From: Verrucomicrobiia bacterium
Lineage (GTDB): Bacteria > Verrucomicrobiota > Verrucomicrobiia > JAWXBN01
Direction: 5' to 3'
Length of the DNA stretch: 45,149 nucleotides
Assembly: GCA_033764445.1 (NCBI GenBank)
Contig: JANRIZ010000013.1
Coordinates: 1 to 45,149, forward strand
Of the stretch, positions 28,100-36,201 are shown piece by piece (the stretch's first letter is position 1; every line of letters starts with the position of its first letter). Under the pieces are notes generated by a model. It saw nothing but the letters and a program-made list of their open reading frames with translations, was not told where the DNA came from and ran no database searches. Both the position numbers and the translations under genes were made by a program.

Positions 28100-29586
28100 C
28101 AGACCAGCTCACGTTTGATGACCTTGCCGGTGGGGGTCTTGGGAAACATCTCCATCTTCTTGAAGCTCCGGGGAAGTTTGTAATCGGCCAGATGTTCGCG
28201 CAAATGGCGGAACAGATCCTTTTCATCAATCTCCCGGCCCTCCACGACGGTATAAAAGGCGTGGGGCAGTTCCCCGCGCCTCTGGTCATCGCGTCCCACC
28301 ACCGCCGCCTCACGGATGCCGGGATATTGAAGCATCACTTCCTCGATTTCCCGCGGATAGACGTTCATGCCCCGCACCAGAACCATGTCCTTTTTCCGGT
28401 CCACGATCGTCAGAAACCCGGCCGCATCCACACGCCCCATGTCGCCGGTCAGCAACCAACCCTCCCGCAGGGTGTCGGCGGTGGCGTCAGGGTTGTTGAA
28501 ATACCCCTGCATGACGTTCTCCCCAGACACCCAGATTTCGCCCACCTCACCGACGGGCAATTCCCCGCCCTCCTCGTTGCGGATGGACACGGTGACCCCG
28601 GCAATGGCCTGTCCCACGGACCCATCCACGCCTTCGGCACCGGGACGATTCAGTGAAACCAGGGGGGACGCCTCGGAAAGTCCGTAGCCCTCGATGAGGG
28701 GAAAACGGAATTTTTTACGGAACGCCGACCGGACCTCCGCCGGAAGAGGGGCCGCCCCGGAAATGGCCACGCGCAGGGGACACACCCAGTTGAAATAAAA
28801 CGGGAACTTGCCCTGCACCATGGCCTGGAACAGGGGCGGAATCCCGGGCAGCACCGTGGCGCGTGCCTTTTGTATCTCCCCGAAAATCTGTTTCCCCGAA
28901 TGGGTCAGGGATTTGAGGATCAGCGTGCCGGCCCCATGCGAAAGCGGGACAAAAACGCACACCATGAGCATAAAACTGTGAAACAGCGGCAGCGCACAGA
29001 CCACCCGGTCCGTGTTTTCAAACGCCAGCGCCTGCCGGGCCGCACGCACATTGGCCAGCAGGTTGCGGTGAGTCAGCATCGCCCCCTTGGGATGACCGGT
29101 GGTGCCGGAGGTGTAAAGGATCACCGCCAGGTCCGTCCCCTCGGTCATCACCGGAGGCCGCGACTTCAGGGACTGTCCCACCTCGGAAAACTCATGTTCC
29201 ACCAGGTAGATTCCCTGCAGCGAGGGCACCTTCATCCGCAGGGACTGGTGCACATCAAAAAATGCCCCGGAACTGATCATCACCCGCACCTCGCAGTCGT
29301 TGAGGATGTGCCGGATTTCACCGGCCTTCAAAAATGTGTTCAGGGGGACCATCACCGCACCGGCCAGAAATATCCCGTAGGTGGCGGCGACAAAATCCGG
29401 GCTGTTTTCCAAAAGCAGTGCCACCCGGTCCCCCTTGCCGATTTCCAGGTTTTGCAGGGAGGCACAGATTTTACGCGCCCGGGCGAACACTTCCGAATAC
29501 GAATATTCCTGCCCCGAAAACACCAGCGCGGTCCGGGCCGCATTTTCAGCGGCCACCTTTTCAAAAAGTGCATGCAACGTATCCAT
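28099..29586 (-). CDS. AMP-dependent synthetase/ligase (long-chain fatty-acid--CoA ligase-like)
   Basis: 495 aa with AMP-binding motifs 'ILYTSGTTGHPKGAMLTH', 'GYGLSEAS', 'GWLLTGDMG' and 'PKTPTGKVIKREL'. Confidence 0.85.
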   Translation of the reverse strand: MDTLHALFEKVAAENAARTALVFSGQEYSYSEVFARARKICASLQNLEIGKGDRVALLLENSPDFVAATYGIFLAGAVMVPLNTFLKAGEIRHILNDCEVRVMISSGAFFDVHQSLRMKVPSLQGIYLVEHEFSEVGQSLKSRPPVMTEGTDLAVILYTSGTTGHPKGAMLTHRNLLANVRAARQALAFENTDRVVCALPLFHSFMLMVCVFVPLSHGAGTLILKSLTHSGKQIFGEIQKARATVLPGIPPLFQAMVQGKFPFYFNWVCPLRVAISGAAPLPAEVRSAFRKKFRFPLIEGYGLSEASPLVSLNRPGAEGVDGSVGQAIAGVTVSIRNEEGGELPVGEVGEIWVSGENVMQGYFNNPDATADTLREGWLLTGDMGRVDAAGFLTIVDRKKDMVLVRGMNVYPREIEEVMLQYPGIREAAVVGRDDQRRGELPHAFYTVVEGREIDEKDLFRHLREHLADYKLPRSFKKMEMFPKTPTGKVIKRELV

Positions 29587-29623
29587 CGACGGTGCGAAAG
29601 TCTCCCTGAAGGGCGTCTCTCAA

Positions 29624-30334
29624 TCAAGACTGCAAATGCACCGCCCGTTTTGCACCCGCCTCGATGCCCCCGACGAGGACGACAAATTCCCCCCTCATGG
29701 CCTTCGCCGCAAAATGCGCCCGGATTGCGGCAGGGGTGCCCCGGACATATTCCTCATGGATTTTGCTCAGTTCCCGCGCGATGACCACCCGTCTCTCCGG
29801 GAAGACGGCTTCGAGGTCCTCCAGACAGGACTCCATCCGGTGGGGGGACTCGTAGAAAACCAGGGTTTCCTCCCGGTCGGCCAATTTGCGGAAGAGGTTC
29901 TGACGCTGGGCGGACTTGATCGGGAGAAAGCCGCCAAAATAAAAGCGGTCGGTGGGCAGCCCCGCCCCGGCCAGCGCGGTCACGACCGCCGACGGACCGG
30001 GCAGCACCTCCACCGGGACGGCGGCCTCGATGCAGGCGGCCACCAGGCGTGCGCCCGGGTCGCTGATCCCGGGCATGCCGGCATCGGACACCAGTGCCAT
30101 GGTTTTTCCCTGGGCAAAATGGTCCAGAAACTCGGCGCAACGGCGGGCCTCGTTGAAATGCTGGTAACTGACCAGCGGTTTGCGGATTTCAAAATGGTTG
30201 AAAAGCTTGAGGCTGTGCCGGGTGTCCTCACAGGCGATCACATCCACCTCCTTGAGAATGCGCAGGGCCCGGAGGGTGATATCCTCCAGATTGCCGAGGG
30301 GGGTGGGCACGATGTAAAGTTTTCCGGAACTCAT
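29624..30334 (-). CDS. rsmI: 16S rRNA (cytidine1402-2'-O)-methyltransferase
   Basis: From the Met at 30334, 'GKLYIVPTPLGNLEDITLRALRILKEVDVIACEDTRH' matches the RsmI N-terminus. The longer track ORF would run into the tRNA-Gly gene. Confidence 0.85.
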   Translation of the reverse strand: MSSGKLYIVPTPLGNLEDITLRALRILKEVDVIACEDTRHSLKLFNHFEIRKPLVSYQHFNEARRCAEFLDHFAQGKTMALVSDAGMPGISDPGARLVAACIEAAVPVEVLPGPSAVVTALAGAGLPTDRFYFGGFLPIKSAQRQNLFRKLADREETLVFYESPHRMESCLEDLEAVFPERRVVIARELSKIHEEYVRGTPAAIRAHFAAKAMRGEFVVLVGGIEAGAKRAVHLQS

Positions 30335-30444
30335 AGGGGGCACGCCACTTCTTCCACAGAATGCGGAGGAAGCACAGTTTATTTTTCCTGAATTTCCCCC
30401 TTCACAATCCGTCTCAAACCCGCTAACAATGGATGCTTCCACAC

Positions 30445-30518
30445 GCGGGTGTAGTTCAATGGTAGAACGGCAGCCTTCCAAGCTGCATACGTGGGTTCGA
30501 TTCCCATCACCCGCTCCA
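30445..30518 (+). tRNA. tRNA-Gly (anticodon TCC)
   Basis: GCGGGTG-TA-GTTCAATGGTAGAAC-G-GCAGC-CTTCCAA-GCTGC-ATAC-GTGGG-TTCGATT-CCCAT-CACCCGC-T-CCA folds as a cloverleaf with a 7-bp acceptor stem. CCA is encoded. Confidence 0.85.
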
Positions 30519-30661
30519 GCTTGCCGGGCTTCATTTTCTGCGATTTACTCAAAATCCACGGGGCTGTTTCTGATTTCTGAAAACGGACACACGCGCATGC
30601 CAGTCAACGCATGGGTGCAGGAATGTCAGAAAAACCGGGCACGGGGGGGCACGCTCCCGTT

Positions 30662-33600
30662 TCAGTCCCGGGCCGGCACGGTCCTTTTTTCCAGCCAGGA
30701 AAACATCAGATACACACACGGCACCACCACCAGGGTGAAAAGAGTCGACACCAGCACCCCTCCAATGATCGTGATGGCCATGGGAACACGCGTTTCCGCA
30801 CCCGGTGCCGTTGAAAAGGCCATCGGGACGGCCGCGGCAATCGTGGCGAGAGAGGTCATGAGAATGGGGCGAAGCCGGATGGGGCAGGCCTGCCGGAGCG
30901 CCTCCATCGCCCCCAGCCCGTGTGCCTCCCGCTGCTGGTTGGTGAATTCCACAAGCATGATGGAATTCTTTTTGACAATGCCCGCCAGCAGAATGATCCC
31001 GATGATGCTGTAGAGATTGAGGCTTTTGTTGAAAAGCATCAGGGTGATCAGGGCCCCGCTGATGCTGAAGGGCAGCGCCATGAGAACGGTCACGGGATGC
31101 ACAAAACTGTCAAACTGGCACGCCAGCACCATGTACGCCACCAGGATGCCCATCGCAAAAAGAAACAGCATCTGTCCCCCGGACTCCGCAAAAAGCCGCG
31201 ACCCGCCTTCCAGATTGAAGGTGTACCCCTCGGGCAGGACCTCGCGACTGATTTTTTCCGCCGCCGCCAATGCGGTGGCCTGGGACTTGCCCTCGGCAAT
31301 GTTGCCCTTGATGGAGATGGACTGCTGACGGTTGACGCGGTTGAGACTTTGCACGGTGGGTTTGACCTCGCTTTTGACGACACTGGTCAGCGGGATCAGT
31401 TCCCCGTACACATTGCGCACCTGCAATTTTTCCACATCCTCGGGCTTGAGCCGTTCCTCCTGTTGCAGACGCACACGCACATCATAACGCCTCCCCTCCT
31501 TGGTGAACTTTCCCTGCCGTACCCCGCCCAGCGCCGCCTGGATGGTCCGTCCAATTTCCTCCATGCTCACCCCGCGTGCGGCGGCGGCTTCGCGATCGGG
31601 AAAGATACGGAGTTCCGGCTGACCCTCCCGGTAGTTGGTGTCAAGGTCCGCGGTCAGTCCCGTGGCGGCGAGTTTCTCCTTGATCACCCCGGCCTTCTCC
31701 TTGAGCACCTGAAGACTGGGGCCGCGGAGGTTGAATTCCAACGGCTCGGCCCGGCGGGGGGTCAGTCCGCGCAGGTTGAAATCCAGGGGACGGATCCGCA
31801 CGCCCTTGATCTCGGCAAGGTCCTTGCGCAGGGCGGTCATGATCTGGGCCTGGGTGCGTTGACGCTGGTCCTTCTCCATGAGTTTGACGGCCATAAAGGC
31901 CTGGTTGGGAACACCGCTGAATCCCCCGACAAACGCGGTGAACCGTTCGATCTCGGGGATTTTTTTGATGACAGACTCGATCTCCTGCACCTTGGCCTGG
32001 GTGTAGGCCAGAGAGGATCCCACGGGCGTCTCAACCCCCAGGCGAATGAGGCTCTGATCCTGCGCGGGCATGAACTCCTTCCGGATCATGGGCATCAGCC
32101 CGAGGCTGAGCCCGAAAAACACCATCGACACCAGCACCACCCTCATGGGATGCGCCAGAGCCCACGTCAGAATTTCCCCGTAAAAATTCCTCCATTTGCC
32201 AAAGAGCCGGTCCAGGGCCCGCGTGAAGGCGTTGTCCTCCTCCCGGCGCATGAACCGCGAACAACGCATCGGGGTGATGGTGATGGCCTCCAGGAGCGAA
32301 AAGGCCACGGCCGCGGTCATGGCCACCCCGAACTGGAACAGAAATTTCCCGATGATGCCGCTGAGAAAAAACACCGGCAGAAAAATGGCCATCACCGCGA
32401 TGCTGGTGGCCACGGCGGCAAAGGTGATCTCACGCGCCCCCTCCCGCGCGGCGGTCATCCGGTCCTTGCCCATCTGAAAGTGGCGGACAATGTTTTCCAA
32501 AACCATGATCGCATCATCAACCACAATGCCGATGGAAAGGGCCAGGGCCAGCAGCGTGAACATGTTCAGGGAAAGCCCCATGAAATACAGGACGGTAAAC
32601 GTGCCAAAAATGGAGGTGGGGATCGACAAAAGCACATTGACCGAGGCGGTCCAGCTTCCGAGAAACAAAAAACATACCAGTCCCGTGACCAGCGCGGCCA
32701 CAACCAGTTCCTTGAGCGTGAATTTCACCGATTGTTCCGAAAATCGTGTGAAATCCACGTTGACCTGGATGTACAGATCCTGGGGCAGGGTCTTCTTGAT
32801 CTGTTCAAGCTTCGCCCGCACGCGTTTGCTCACCTCCACCTCGTTTTCGCCCCGTTGTTTGGCGATCCCCAGGGCGACGCCCGGATTTCCCGAGGCCCGG
32901 GCGATGGTCCGCACCTCGGCCAGTCCGTCCTCCACACGCGCAACGTCGCGCAGACGTATCCGGGTGTTGTATACGGGCTGGTTCCCGCGGCGGGTGATCA
33001 GGATGTCGCCCACCTGCTCGGGGGTCATCGCCTCCCCCATGGTCCGCAGATTGATCTCGTTTTTCTCGTTTTCCAGGTAACCGGAGGCGATTTCCGCATG
33101 CTCCAGCTGCAGCGCCCGCAACACATCCTGGACGGTCAGCTCATACTGTTTGAGTTTTTCCCCATCCACATGCACCCGCAGATTCCGCTCGGTGAATCCC
33201 GCGGTGCGCACCTCTCCGACACCTGGCACCACCTGGAACTGGTCCTTGATGTACAATTCCACATACTCGATCACATCCCGGGCCGGACGGTCCCCACCCA
33301 CGCCGATCCACATGATGGGGTCCGCATCGGGATTCTGCTTGCGCACGGTCGGCGGATCCACACCCAACGGAAGATTGATCTGGCTGAGGGCCGATTGAAC
33401 ATCCTGCACCGCGGCGTCCACATCCCGGTTGATCTCAAAATCCAGATCCACCGTGGCCTGACCCTGCCGGATGCTCGACCGCATTTCCCTGAGGCCCTCG
33501 ACACTGATCACCCGCTGTTCAATCTGGTCGACCAACTCGGCTTCCATGATCTCCGGGGCGGACCCTTCCCAAACGGTGGAAATGGTCACGGTTGGAAAAT

Positions 33601-33721
33601 CCACGTTGGGAATCTGGGCCAGTCCGAGGCGTCCGAGGGAAATGGCCCCGAAAATGATCAGCGCAAACATCAGAATCCACGCAAAAACAGGCCGTTTGAT
33701 GGAGAGATCGGAAAGAGTCAT
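30662..33721 (-). CDS. RND-family efflux permease (HAE1/AcrB-like), 1019 aa
   Basis: 12-TM architecture with two large periplasmic loops. Conserved blocks include 'GIVVDDAIMVLENI' and 'AILLAGIVKKNSIMLVEF'. No membrane-fusion or outer-membrane-factor gene is adjacent. Confidence 0.9.
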   Translation of the reverse strand: MTLSDLSIKRPVFAWILMFALIIFGAISLGRLGLAQIPNVDFPTVTISTVWEGSAPEIMEAELVDQIEQRVISVEGLREMRSSIRQGQATVDLDFEINRDVDAAVQDVQSALSQINLPLGVDPPTVRKQNPDADPIMWIGVGGDRPARDVIEYVELYIKDQFQVVPGVGEVRTAGFTERNLRVHVDGEKLKQYELTVQDVLRALQLEHAEIASGYLENEKNEINLRTMGEAMTPEQVGDILITRRGNQPVYNTRIRLRDVARVEDGLAEVRTIARASGNPGVALGIAKQRGENEVEVSKRVRAKLEQIKKTLPQDLYIQVNVDFTRFSEQSVKFTLKELVVAALVTGLVCFLFLGSWTASVNVLLSIPTSIFGTFTVLYFMGLSLNMFTLLALALSIGIVVDDAIMVLENIVRHFQMGKDRMTAAREGAREITFAAVATSIAVMAIFLPVFFLSGIIGKFLFQFGVAMTAAVAFSLLEAITITPMRCSRFMRREEDNAFTRALDRLFGKWRNFYGEILTWALAHPMRVVLVSMVFFGLSLGLMPMIRKEFMPAQDQSLIRLGVETPVGSSLAYTQAKVQEIESVIKKIPEIERFTAFVGGFSGVPNQAFMAVKLMEKDQRQRTQAQIMTALRKDLAEIKGVRIRPLDFNLRGLTPRRAEPLEFNLRGPSLQVLKEKAGVIKEKLAATGLTADLDTNYREGQPELRIFPDREAAAARGVSMEEIGRTIQAALGGVRQGKFTKEGRRYDVRVRLQQEERLKPEDVEKLQVRNVYGELIPLTSVVKSEVKPTVQSLNRVNRQQSISIKGNIAEGKSQATALAAAEKISREVLPEGYTFNLEGGSRLFAESGGQMLFLFAMGILVAYMVLACQFDSFVHPVTVLMALPFSISGALITLMLFNKSLNLYSIIGIILLAGIVKKNSIMLVEFTNQQREAHGLGAMEALRQACPIRLRPILMTSLATIAAAVPMAFSTAPGAETRVPMAITIIGGVLVSTLFTLVVVPCVYLMFSWLEKRTVPARD

Positions 33722-33774
33722 ACGGGGGGGCTGACTGACGGGTCAGTTGCCGTGAATCTCGCCAAAATCAAACG

Positions 33775-33798
33775 ATTTGCAAACGAAACATTGCAAAT
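33775..33798. promoter_or_regulatory. Perfect 8-bp inverted repeat 'ATTTGCAA-n8-TTGCAAAT' upstream of the RND gene; candidate operator
   Basis: Read directly from the sequence. It lies 55-75 bp upstream of the RND start codon on the minus strand. Confidence 0.25.
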
Positions 33799-33888
33799 TC
33801 GATGACCTGAGGTCATGCATGCAAGACGCGCTTTGCACTTTACTCCTGCCCCGGAGTTTTCCATGCTACCACCCTCACTCAAACAATC

Positions 33889-33978
33889 GGACAGGTGGCT
33901 GAGCGGTTGAAGGCACCTGACTCGAAATCAGGCGTAGGGGTAACTCTACCGTGGGTTCAAATCCCACCCTGTCCGCCA
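33889..33978 (+). tRNA. tRNA-Ser (anticodon CGA), long variable arm
   Basis: GGACAGG-TG-GCTGAGCGGTTGAAGGC-A-CCTGA-CTCGAAA-TCAGG-(variable arm CGTAGGGGTAACTCTACC)-GTGGG-TTCAAAT-CCCAC-CCTGTCC-G-CCA. Confidence 0.85.
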
Positions 33979-34038
33979 TTGATGTGTGGTCCAAACTGAT
34001 GCTATTCATCCTCTGACAACCCCGGGAGTCCCTGTCTT

Positions 34039-36150
34039 ATGCTTCATCCGATCCTCGCCCTCACTCTGCCCCCTCTTCTCACCATCGCCCTGTACGCGGG
34101 GGTGGCCATTGTCGGTATCATTGTCCTCTACGTGGTGATGCGGATTGTGGGGTTCAAATACCACAACGTGGACCAGGGCCAGGCGCTCATCCGCAACGGG
34201 CTGGGGGGAACCAGCGTGTCCTTCAGCGGGATGACCGTCTGGCCGATCATCCACCGTCTGGAGTACATGGATATCACCGTCAAACGCGTCGAAATCGACC
34301 GGCGGGGCGCCACGGGCCTGATCTGCAAGGATAATCTCCGGGCTGATATCAAGGTGGCGTTTTTTGTGCGTGTCGAAAAGGAGTCCGAAAACGTCAAACG
34401 TGTCGCCCAATCCCTCGGGTGCGTGCGTGCCTCCGACGAGCAGGCACTCATCGACCTCTTTGACGCCAAGTTTTCCGATGCCCTCAAGGCCGCCGGACGC
34501 CAGTTCGATTTTGAGGAATTGCTCAACTCCCGCGAGGCCTTCCGCCAGAAGGTCAAGGAATCCATCGGCACGGATTTGAACGGCTACGTCCTGGATGATG
34601 CCTCCATCGACCACCTCGAGCAAACCAAGGTGGATTTGCTCGACCCGGATAACATCCTCGACTCCGAGGGCATCAAAAAAATCACCGAACGCACGGCCAT
34701 CCAGAAAATCCGCGCCAACGAAATCAACCGCGACCGCGAAAAAACAATCACCCAGAAGGATATCGAAACACGCGAGGCGGTCCTCGAACTCAACCGCCAG
34801 CTCTCCGAGACGGAGGAAAAACAGAAGCGCGAGGTCGCCTCCATCAAGGCCCGCGAGGAATCCACCACCCTCCAGGTCCAGCAGGAGGAACGGCTCAAGG
34901 GCGAAAAAGCCCGCATCCTCACCGAGGAGGAGGTCCAGGTCGCCGAGGAAAACAAAAACCGCCAGATTCTCATCGCCCAACGCAACAAGGAACGGGCCGA
35001 CGCGATCGAACAGCAACGCGTCCAGAAAGACCGCGACCTTGAAGCCACCGAACGCGAGAAGGTGGTCGCCCTCGCCTCGATCGAACGGGACAAAATCGTG
35101 GAAACCGAACGCAAGTCGATCCAGGAGGTCATCCGCCAGCGGGTCATGGTCGAACGCACGGTCGTCGAGGAACAGCAACGCATGAAGGACACGGAGGCTT
35201 TTGCCGGCGCGGAACGCGAACGCAAGGTCAAGATGGTCGATGCGGAAGCGGCCGCCGAACAGCAGCTCGTCAAGGAAATCAAGGCCGCGGAAGCCGCCAA
35301 AAAGGCCGCGGAATTGTCCGCCGAACAGGAATTCTACAAGGAGGTCAAACTCGCCGAAGCCCGCAAAAAGGCGGCGGAACTGGATGCGGAACAGAAAATT
35401 GTCTCCGCCCGTGCGGAACAACTGGCCGCGGTGGAGCTGGCCGAGGGCAAAAAGAAACTCGCCGCCGGGATCACGGCCGAACAGGCGGCCCCGGGTCTGG
35501 CCGAAGTCAACATCATGGAAGCCAAATCCGCCGCCCTCGAAAAACAGGGCACGGCGGAGGCCCGGGTCCTGGACCTGAAGTTCAAGGCGGAGGCCGACGG
35601 CATCACCCGCAAGGCGGAGGCCATGAAACTCCTCCACGAGGCGGGCAAGGAACACGAGGAATTCAAACTGGAACTGGCCACCCAGAAGGACATCGCCCTG
35701 GCGCGGATCGCCGTCCAGAAGGACATCGCCTCCAGCCAGGCTCTGGTGGTCGGGGAAGCCCTCAAAAACACACGGGTCGACATCGTCGGCGGCGAAACCG
35801 AATTCTTCGACCGCATCGTCGGGTCCATCACGGCGGGCAAGGCCCTCGACCGCATGGTCGACAACAGCCGCACGCTCACCACGGTCCGCAACACCTTCTT
35901 CAAGGGGGATGCCGACACCTTCCGTCAGGAAGTGCGAAAACTGGTGGATAGCTTCGGCTTTTCGCCGGAGGAACTCAAAAATCTCAGCATCACCGCGGCC
36001 CTGACGCAAATGGCGGCGGACTCGGAGGAAGCCCCGCTCAAGTCACTGGTCAAAAAACTCCAGCGCTTTGCCAAGGGCGCGGGCCTGGGGGCGCAAAAGC
36101 TCGACCAGTTCCTTGCGGACCTGGATGAGTCCAAAGTCTCGCGCAAATAA
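34039..36150 (+). CDS. Flotillin-family SPFH/Band-7 protein (703 aa) with N-terminal TM anchor and long Ala/Glu/Lys-rich coiled coil
   Basis: It has an N-terminal hydrophobic anchor 'LLTIALYAGVAIVGIIVLYVV'. The SPFH core is 'QGQALIRNG...VWPIIHRLEYMDITVKRVEI...LICKDNLRADIKVAFFVRV'. EA-rich heptad repeats follow: 'EAAKKAAELSAEQEFYKEVKLAEARKKAAELDAEQK'. Confidence 0.85.
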   Translation: MLHPILALTLPPLLTIALYAGVAIVGIIVLYVVMRIVGFKYHNVDQGQALIRNGLGGTSVSFSGMTVWPIIHRLEYMDITVKRVEIDRRGATGLICKDNLRADIKVAFFVRVEKESENVKRVAQSLGCVRASDEQALIDLFDAKFSDALKAAGRQFDFEELLNSREAFRQKVKESIGTDLNGYVLDDASIDHLEQTKVDLLDPDNILDSEGIKKITERTAIQKIRANEINRDREKTITQKDIETREAVLELNRQLSETEEKQKREVASIKAREESTTLQVQQEERLKGEKARILTEEEVQVAEENKNRQILIAQRNKERADAIEQQRVQKDRDLEATEREKVVALASIERDKIVETERKSIQEVIRQRVMVERTVVEEQQRMKDTEAFAGAERERKVKMVDAEAAAEQQLVKEIKAAEAAKKAAELSAEQEFYKEVKLAEARKKAAELDAEQKIVSARAEQLAAVELAEGKKKLAAGITAEQAAPGLAEVNIMEAKSAALEKQGTAEARVLDLKFKAEADGITRKAEAMKLLHEAGKEHEEFKLELATQKDIALARIAVQKDIASSQALVVGEALKNTRVDIVGGETEFFDRIVGSITAGKALDRMVDNSRTLTTVRNTFFKGDADTFRQEVRKLVDSFGFSPEELKNLSITAALTQMAADSEEAPLKSLVKKLQRFAKGAGLGAQKLDQFLADLDESKVSRK

Positions 36151-36201
36151 CAACCCCCATGATCGGCGGGTGGAAAACCTCCCTCCCCTGCCCCCCTCCC
36201 C

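Noticed and set aside
27685-28656. ORF 27685..28656 (323 aa) spanning the repeat-containing intergenic region
   Set aside because: It reads through the two MITE-like repeats, hence the duplicated 'PWLSKSLVKSEATDETPIKHGS'. It then runs antisense into the acyl-CoA ligase gene. It has no start context and no motifs.
30920-33805. Plus-strand ORF of 961 aa opposite the RND gene
   Set aside because: It is antisense to a textbook AcrB-like permease. Its product is His/Gly/Arg/Pro-rich with no domains. It is a GC-rich artefact.
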